DNA from: Deltaproteobacteria bacterium
GTDB lineage: Bacteria > Myxococcota > Kuafuiibacteriia > Kuafuiibacteriales > Kuafuiibacteriaceae
Direction: 5' to 3'
Length of the DNA stretch: 64,000 nt
Assembly (NCBI GenBank): GCA_040218735.1
Contig: JAVJQW010000023.1
Span: 288,001-352,000 of the forward strand
Of this stretch, positions 58,821 to 64,000 are shown piece after piece (positions within the stretch are counted from its first letter, which is position 1; each line of letters opens with the position of its first letter). The notes below the pieces were generated by a model, which had not been told where the DNA came from, made no database searches, and saw only the letters and a program-made list of their open reading frames with translations. A program made the position numbers and the translations under genes.

Positions 58821-59590
58821 GACGACACCTCTTCCAGCGCGTCGGCGTGCTCGGGGATGAGCTGCGCGTGATCGATGTCGAGCGCGCCGAGCGCCGCGAG
58901 GGCACGGACGGCGACGAACCCGAGGTCGACTTCGGACCTTCGGTAGGAGAACCGCGCGGAGCGAGGGAACGCGTGGTGGTTGTTCTGGAAGCCCTCGCCG
59001 AAGATCAACCAGGCCGCGAGGGTGTTGTTCCGCGAGTTGTCCGGCGTGTCGAAGTTCCGGCCGCCCACGGCGTGACCGAGCGCGTTGACGATCCAGCCCT
59101 GGAGGGGGTGGCTCATCATCCCGGCGAAGTAGGCGAGGCCGAGCATCCAGGTGCCGAACGCGATCGCGAGGCCGAGCGCGACCAGGGCGTGCACGACGTA
59201 GGGGAGGAACCAGATCCGACGGCGGTTCAGCCAGTGCGTCGGGAAGTCGAGATCCGGCACGTGCGCGGTGTAGTCCGGGTTCCCCTTGGCGAGGCCGACC
59301 AGCGTGCGCTCATAGGACTCGAGCTGGCCGAGCAGCACCCCGAACAGCCCGAACGTGACCGGGCTGTGCGGGTCGTCCGACGTGTCGGAGAAGGCATGAT
59401 GGCGCCGGTGCATGCAGACCCAGCCCTTGGGGTCGAGCCCGGTGATCCAAATGCCGCCGCGCACCACGAGGCGGCGCAGCCACGGGCGAAGCTCTACGGC
59501 CCCGTGGGCCAACCCGCGGTGGTAGAAGACGGTGATCGTGACGACGTTGAGCAGATAGGCAGCGGCAAAGACGACGAGACAGAGCAACAA
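58817..59590 (-). CDS. membrane fatty acid desaturase (delta-9-like)
   Basis: His boxes HRGLAH, HRRHH, QNNHH; DPHSP; GGAGG RBS before TTG. Confidence 0.9.
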   Translation of the reverse strand: MLLCLVVFAAAYLLNVVTITVFYHRGLAHGAVELRPWLRRLVVRGGIWITGLDPKGWVCMHRRHHAFSDTSDDPHSPVTFGLFGVLLGQLESYERTLVGLAKGNPDYTAHVPDLDFPTHWLNRRRIWFLPYVVHALVALGLAIAFGTWMLGLAYFAGMMSHPLQGWIVNALGHAVGGRNFDTPDNSRNNTLAAWLIFGEGFQNNHHAFPRSARFSYRRSEVDLGFVAVRALAALGALDIDHAQLIPEHADALEEVSS

Positions 59591-59606
59591 GGGACACCTC
59601 CTAAGC

Positions 59607-59648
59607 TACGACACCGTAACTTACGGTGTCGTAACCTACGGAGGCGTA
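59607..59648. promoter_or_regulatory. putative TetR operator array: three TACG-N4-CGTA boxes at 15-bp period
   Basis: TACGACACCGTA (59607), TACGGTGTCGTA (59622), TACGGAGGCGTA (59637); 59607-59633 is a perfect 13-1-13 inverted repeat between divergent desaturase and tetR. Confidence 0.8.
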
Positions 59649-59662
59649 GTAAAGGTGTCAAG

Positions 59663-60319
59663 ATGGCGAGCAAGAAAAGGCTCTCGGCCTCCGCGCGGCG
59701 CGCGCAGCTGATCGAGGTAGGCCGGACGGTCTTCGCAGAGCGCGGGTACGAAGCGACGTCCGTGGAGATCCTGGCGGAGCGCGCGGGGGTGTCGAAGCCC
59801 ATCCTCTACGAGCACTTCGGCGGGAAGGAGGGGCTCTACGCCGTCATCGTCGACCGCGAGATCGAGCACGTGGTGTCGTTGATCTCGGCGTCGATCGCAG
59901 AGGGCTCACCCCGCGAGCGCGTGGAAGCCGCCGCACTCGCGTTCCTCACCTACGTCGAGCAACACCCGAACGGGTTCGCCGTCCTCGCGCACGACGCCCC
60001 CGCGGCGGCGCGCGGGACGAACATGACGAGCCTGCTGAACGAAGTCGCCGAGCGCGTGGGCGTGGTGTTCGCGGAGACGTTCAAGGCGGCGGGGTACAAC
60101 GCCAAGACCGCGCCGATCTACGCGCACGCGTTGGTGGGAATGGTCACGTTCGTCGGTCAGTGGTGGACGGAGGCCCGCGGTCCGAGCGTGGAGAAGGTCG
60201 CGAGCCACATCGCGGGGCTCGCGTGGATGGGGCTTCGGCACCTCCCCAAGAAACCCGCGGCGATCCCGCGCGAGCGCGTCAAGGCCGCGCGCGCGATCGC
60301 GCGCCGAGACGATCGGTGA
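59663..60319 (+). CDS. TetR/AcrR family transcriptional regulator
   Basis: RRAQLI..FAERGYEATSVE.LAERAGVSKPILYEHFGGKEGLY. Confidence 0.93.
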   Translation: MASKKRLSASARRAQLIEVGRTVFAERGYEATSVEILAERAGVSKPILYEHFGGKEGLYAVIVDREIEHVVSLISASIAEGSPRERVEAAALAFLTYVEQHPNGFAVLAHDAPAAARGTNMTSLLNEVAERVGVVFAETFKAAGYNAKTAPIYAHALVGMVTFVGQWWTEARGPSVEKVASHIAGLAWMGLRHLPKKPAAIPRERVKAARAIARRDDR

Positions 60320-60322
60320 TGG

Positions 60323-61366
60323 TCAGCAGAACCAGCGGGTGAGCATCGCGCCCGCGAGCTTCGTCGCAGGGAGCGGCATCTTCTTCCACATCTTCTTCAG
60401 CGTCCCGTACCCCTCGTAGAGGTCCTCGTACGAAGGGGGCGTCGCGCCGAGGGCGTAGACGTAGGAGCTGAGCGGGCGCGCGGTGGCGTTGAAACCTTCC
60501 TTGAACTTCAGGACGTGCGTCTGGGACTGGAGCGAGATACCCAGGTTGAGGACGTCGTAACCCGCCGACTTGCCCCACTCCATCGTGCTCCACACGAGGC
60601 CCTTCCCGATTCCGGTGCGGACGTGGTCGGGCATGACGACGGCCTGCTTCGAGAAGATCGTCTTGTGGTGGCAGAGGAGGAACGCGCCCGCGATGACTTC
60701 GCCGTCGAGGCGCGCGAGGCGGACCTTGGCTTTGGTCGGGAGATTCAGGAACAGGTTCTCGAAGATCGCCCACCCGAGCCCGATAGCCGCGAACTCACGC
60801 TGGAGGAACTCGAACATCTCGTAGAAGGTTCGCCACTCCGCGAGGGAAGTCGCCTCGCGGATCTCGATGCCGAGGCGGTTCACGCGGTTGAGATCCTGTC
60901 GGTGGCCGCGGTGAATCGTCGACCGGGTGACTTCGTGCATCCGGATGACGCTGTCGAAGGTACCGCCGTGGCGTTCGTCGAAGCCGGCCGAAGTCATCCG
61001 GGCGTCGTTCGCCGGTCCGCGGATCTCGACGAACTTGGCGTCGGCGGCGCGACCCATCTCGATCGCGGCCTCCAGCAACGCCTTGAACACGTCGTCGTCG
61101 TTCGCCAACGGCGGTCCGGCGCTCGCCTGGTACGGGCACGCGATGAGTTTGGCGCCGAGGACGGGGAGCTTCACCAACATCATCGGGAGCACCCCTGCGA
61201 TGCGGTCCTCGTCGTCGTACGCGACGAGCAGACGTTTGTCGTGACCGTAGGTGTCGGCGAGGACGTCGTACCAGGCGTGGTGGTGGTAGAGCGTCGCGTC
61301 GTCGAAGCCGGTGACGAAGGCGTCCCATTCCCTCGCGCGGCGGTCGGAGAGGAGCGTGATGTTCAT
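60323..61366 (-). CDS. FemAB-like / GNAT family protein of glycan loci
   Basis: WDAFV..ATLYHH..W, IAGVLP, FVEIR, LNLGIS, FKEGF. Confidence 0.8.
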   Translation of the reverse strand: MNITLLSDRRAREWDAFVTGFDDATLYHHHAWYDVLADTYGHDKRLLVAYDDEDRIAGVLPMMLVKLPVLGAKLIACPYQASAGPPLANDDDVFKALLEAAIEMGRAADAKFVEIRGPANDARMTSAGFDERHGGTFDSVIRMHEVTRSTIHRGHRQDLNRVNRLGIEIREATSLAEWRTFYEMFEFLQREFAAIGLGWAIFENLFLNLPTKAKVRLARLDGEVIAGAFLLCHHKTIFSKQAVVMPDHVRTGIGKGLVWSTMEWGKSAGYDVLNLGISLQSQTHVLKFKEGFNATARPLSSYVYALGATPPSYEDLYEGYGTLKKMWKKMPLPATKLAGAMLTRWFC

Positions 61367-63045
61367 CCTTGGCCTCGCTTCGCGTAGATGCGGATCGGCG
61401 GATTCACCACCGGGTAGTCGAGCTTCGGCCGCTGCACCCAGGGGAACAGCGAAGGCGTCTGAAACAGCTGCACGCGATCCCACCCCAGCGCGCCGGACTC
61501 GAGGTCGCGGAACGTCTGCGGCGGGCACGTGTGGTGGAAGGGCCCGTGTTTCGCGGCGTGGTCCGGCATCAACACGATGAACTTCGGCGGGTCCTCGTCC
61601 CAACGCTTCTTGATGCGCGCCTGCATCTCCGGGCCGTCCGGCGCCTTCTTGTGAAACGACAAGTGCGGCGCTGCGCGCGTCGACTCCACGCCGACCGGGA
61701 GCGGCGGCAGCTTCTCCGTGCCGCCGAAGTGATCGACACGATCGCCGGCGGCCAATCGCGGCGCGAGCCACTCCGCCGCCGCGTAGCGCGAGTCGTTCAA
61801 CATCGCGTGCGTGAGATCGGCCCCGCGAAGACCGCCCCACGCGAACGCCACCGCCGTCGCGGCGAGCACGGCGTAGGTGACGGGCTTCCTGGCGTCGAGC
61901 GCCCACCGCACGGCGTAGCCCCCCGCGACCGCGAACACCACGGACACCGGGAGCATCATGCGGAGCGTCGAGATCGAGAGTCGCGACGCCGACAGCAGCA
62001 GATAGAGGACCGCGGTACCGACGAGGATCAACGCGACACCGTCGCGACGACGGATCATTACGCCAACGCCGAGGGCGATCACGGCGAGGCCCGTCCAGGT
62101 GTGCGTACCGGCGAGGTGTTTCAGGTAGTCGACCGCAAGGCCGAAGTACCCCGCGAGGTTCTGCTCGCGGAGGACGTGGTCGGCCTGCCCGCTCGCGTAG
62201 AGCTCGGCGAGCTGCGCGTGGAACTCGAGGTGCGCGAAGTAGCGGCTGGGTTCGATGAACAACCCACTCCCGAATCCGAACGCGAGGACGCCAGCCACCG
62301 CGGTCGCGACGTCGGGCCGGCGGTACCAAGCGACGCCCGCCCCGCCCCGCTTGTACTGAAAGTAGATCAACGCGATCGGGATCAGCGGAAACATGCTGTA
62401 ACACGCCTCCTTGGTACCGAGCCCGAAACCCATCGCCGCCCCGAGCAGGAGCCCCCGCCGCGCCGTGATCCCCTCCTTCATCATCCAGACGAAACTCATC
62501 AACGCGAGCGCAACGAAGAAGGTCATCGGGACGTCCACGTTCCCGCTGCGCGCGTAATAGAAGTATGGGTACGCCGTGACGATGAACCCTGCCGCCGCGA
62601 GCCCCGCCCTTTCGTCCCACAGCAGCTTCGCCGTGCGGAACACACAGAGCGCGATGCCCACGCCGAGTAACACGGTCAGGAAGTGCGCGAGACCCGTGAG
62701 GACCTTGAGCGCTCGCACCGGGTCCTTCAGCCCGAAGGGGTACTCACCCGAGACCTTCTCGAAGTCACCCGAGACGACGAGGTAGCCCAGGTACGGCGCG
62801 TACATGCCCGCCGCCATGAACGAGTACATCAACGGGTAGCCGAGGTTTCGATCCTTCTTCGGTTGGATGATGTTGTGCAGCTCGGCGAGCGGGCCGAGCG
62901 GTGTCTCGTCGTCCGTGCCCCAAGAGAGCTTTCGGTCCGGCGCCGTGGCGGTCGGCGCCCCCCACCAGAACGCTGGCGTGAACGCGAGCAACGCGGCGAC
63001 GGCGACCCCCGCGGCCGCCGGCGAGATGCGCGAGAGGAGCTTCAT
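61363..63045 (-). CDS. GT-C fold glycosyltransferase (family 39 / ArnT-like)
   Basis: WGTDDE after TM1, NVDVP, GTK, many TMs. Confidence 0.75.
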   Translation of the reverse strand: MKLLSRISPAAAGVAVAALLAFTPAFWWGAPTATAPDRKLSWGTDDETPLGPLAELHNIIQPKKDRNLGYPLMYSFMAAGMYAPYLGYLVVSGDFEKVSGEYPFGLKDPVRALKVLTGLAHFLTVLLGVGIALCVFRTAKLLWDERAGLAAAGFIVTAYPYFYYARSGNVDVPMTFFVALALMSFVWMMKEGITARRGLLLGAAMGFGLGTKEACYSMFPLIPIALIYFQYKRGGAGVAWYRRPDVATAVAGVLAFGFGSGLFIEPSRYFAHLEFHAQLAELYASGQADHVLREQNLAGYFGLAVDYLKHLAGTHTWTGLAVIALGVGVMIRRRDGVALILVGTAVLYLLLSASRLSISTLRMMLPVSVVFAVAGGYAVRWALDARKPVTYAVLAATAVAFAWGGLRGADLTHAMLNDSRYAAAEWLAPRLAAGDRVDHFGGTEKLPPLPVGVESTRAAPHLSFHKKAPDGPEMQARIKKRWDEDPPKFIVLMPDHAAKHGPFHHTCPPQTFRDLESGALGWDRVQLFQTPSLFPWVQRPKLDYPVVNPPIRIYAKRGQG

Positions 63046-63617
63046 CCGAGGCGCACGATCACCAAGAGCAGGACACTCACGACCATGCTCACCGCGAGGA
63101 GGATGCCGCCCACGCGGCGCTCCCGGTTCCGCTTGAACCACATCCACACGCCGGTGAGGGACACGACGATCAGGAACGCGGACATCAGCCCGACGAACGC
63201 CCCCCACGCGGAGAGCAGCGGGTCGTCGTGCCACATCCCTCCGGTGTGGTGCATCTTGTCGATCATCTCCCAGAACCCACCGCTCTTGGTCGACACGACG
63301 GCGCTCCGAGAGGTGACGTCGTACTTCACGCGGTGCTCGGTCCCCGGTCGCTTCACCATGAATGCGATGCCGGTCGAGCTGGTCTCGACGTCGAAGAGAT
63401 CCCCGCGCATGTCTCCGCGTTCGCGGATCGCCGTCACGAGCGCGCGCGGATCCGTCGGCGGGTCGGTGAGCTCGACCTTGGTCTCGACCGAGGTCGGGGA
63501 CGACCACTTGAAGAGGAAGTAGTGTCCCATTCGGAAGGCGCTCGCCGCGTAGACGAACATGAAGGCCGCGATGGCGAGCCCGAGGGCGAGGTGAATGTTG
63601 CGGAGGAGCTGATACAT
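63042..63617 (-). CDS. PepSY-associated TM helix protein
   Basis: RNIHLALG, DKMH, SLTGVWMW. Confidence 0.78.
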   Translation of the reverse strand: MYQLLRNIHLALGLAIAAFMFVYAASAFRMGHYFLFKWSSPTSVETKVELTDPPTDPRALVTAIRERGDMRGDLFDVETSSTGIAFMVKRPGTEHRVKYDVTSRSAVVSTKSGGFWEMIDKMHHTGGMWHDDPLLSAWGAFVGLMSAFLIVVSLTGVWMWFKRNRERRVGGILLAVSMVVSVLLLVIVRLG

Positions 63618-64000
63618 CAGGACATCGCCACGTAGAAATAGACGAGCGCGCCCGTGCCCGCCGCCAGACTCAAACCGGCCCACCACAGCTTCGGGCGCGT
63701 CACCGCCCAGAGGTACACGCCGCTCAGCGCGAGGAACGCGAGGCCGAAGATCGCGAGCTCCATGTACACCGACCAGATCCACGCGAAGATGGCGCGTTTC
63801 CCGAGCGGCAGGTGCGTGTGCATCTGGTTGACGTACTCACCGAACCCGAACTCATCGATGGTGACTTCGGCCTCGCCGCCCCCTTGGTAGCGAACCGTGA
63901 CGTAGCCGTTCGGGCTCCACAGGGGGATCGTCAGGACGCCGTCCGTGCGATCGATCGCCCAGTGCGGAACGGGTTTGCTCTGGAAGAAGCCGAACTGCTC
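63617..64000 (-). CDS. PepSY-associated TM helix protein (5'-truncated by window)
   Basis: Frame open to window end; NQMH..W..LSGVYLW; similar to the neighbouring gene. Confidence 0.7.
   Translation of the reverse strand, partial: EQFGFFQSKPVPHWAIDRTDGVLTIPLWSPNGYVTVRYQGGGEAEVTIDEFGFGEYVNQMHTHLPLGKRAIFAWIWSVYMELAIFGLAFLALSGVYLWAVTRPKLWWAGLSLAAGTGALVYFYVAMS

Overview
High-GC, gene-dense bacterial window, probably Myxococcota or a related lineage (MYXO-CTERM-like sorting tails, Cys-rich lipoproteins, FHA-domain sigma54 activator next to a Ser/Thr kinase); about 55 plausible CDS. The main feature is a ~14.6 kb type III secretion (T3SS) island at 38042-52659. It holds the export gate sctV, two TPR chaperones (one clearly SycD/LcrH-like), an EspA/SseB/Bsp22-like tip/filament candidate, translocator-like proteins, a double GNAT and a candidate S-HxxxE (LnaB-like) effector. 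No other T3SS core genes are in the window. Four sigma54 -24/-12 promoters, each paired with a CG(A/G)AAC-N-GTT(T/C)CG-type palindrome or a degenerate copy, link these genes to the adjacent kinase and FHA-enhancer-binding protein. A second unusual element is a duplicated pair of heme-motif surface proteins associated with DUF3570 and a fused DUF4266. The rest is dispersed glycan genes, an M36 protease, Elp3, a sirtuin, lipid genes with a TetR operator array, SodC and a K+ channel. No rRNA, tRNA, CRISPR array or mobile element was recognised. All family assignments come from reading motifs by eye; no database search was run.
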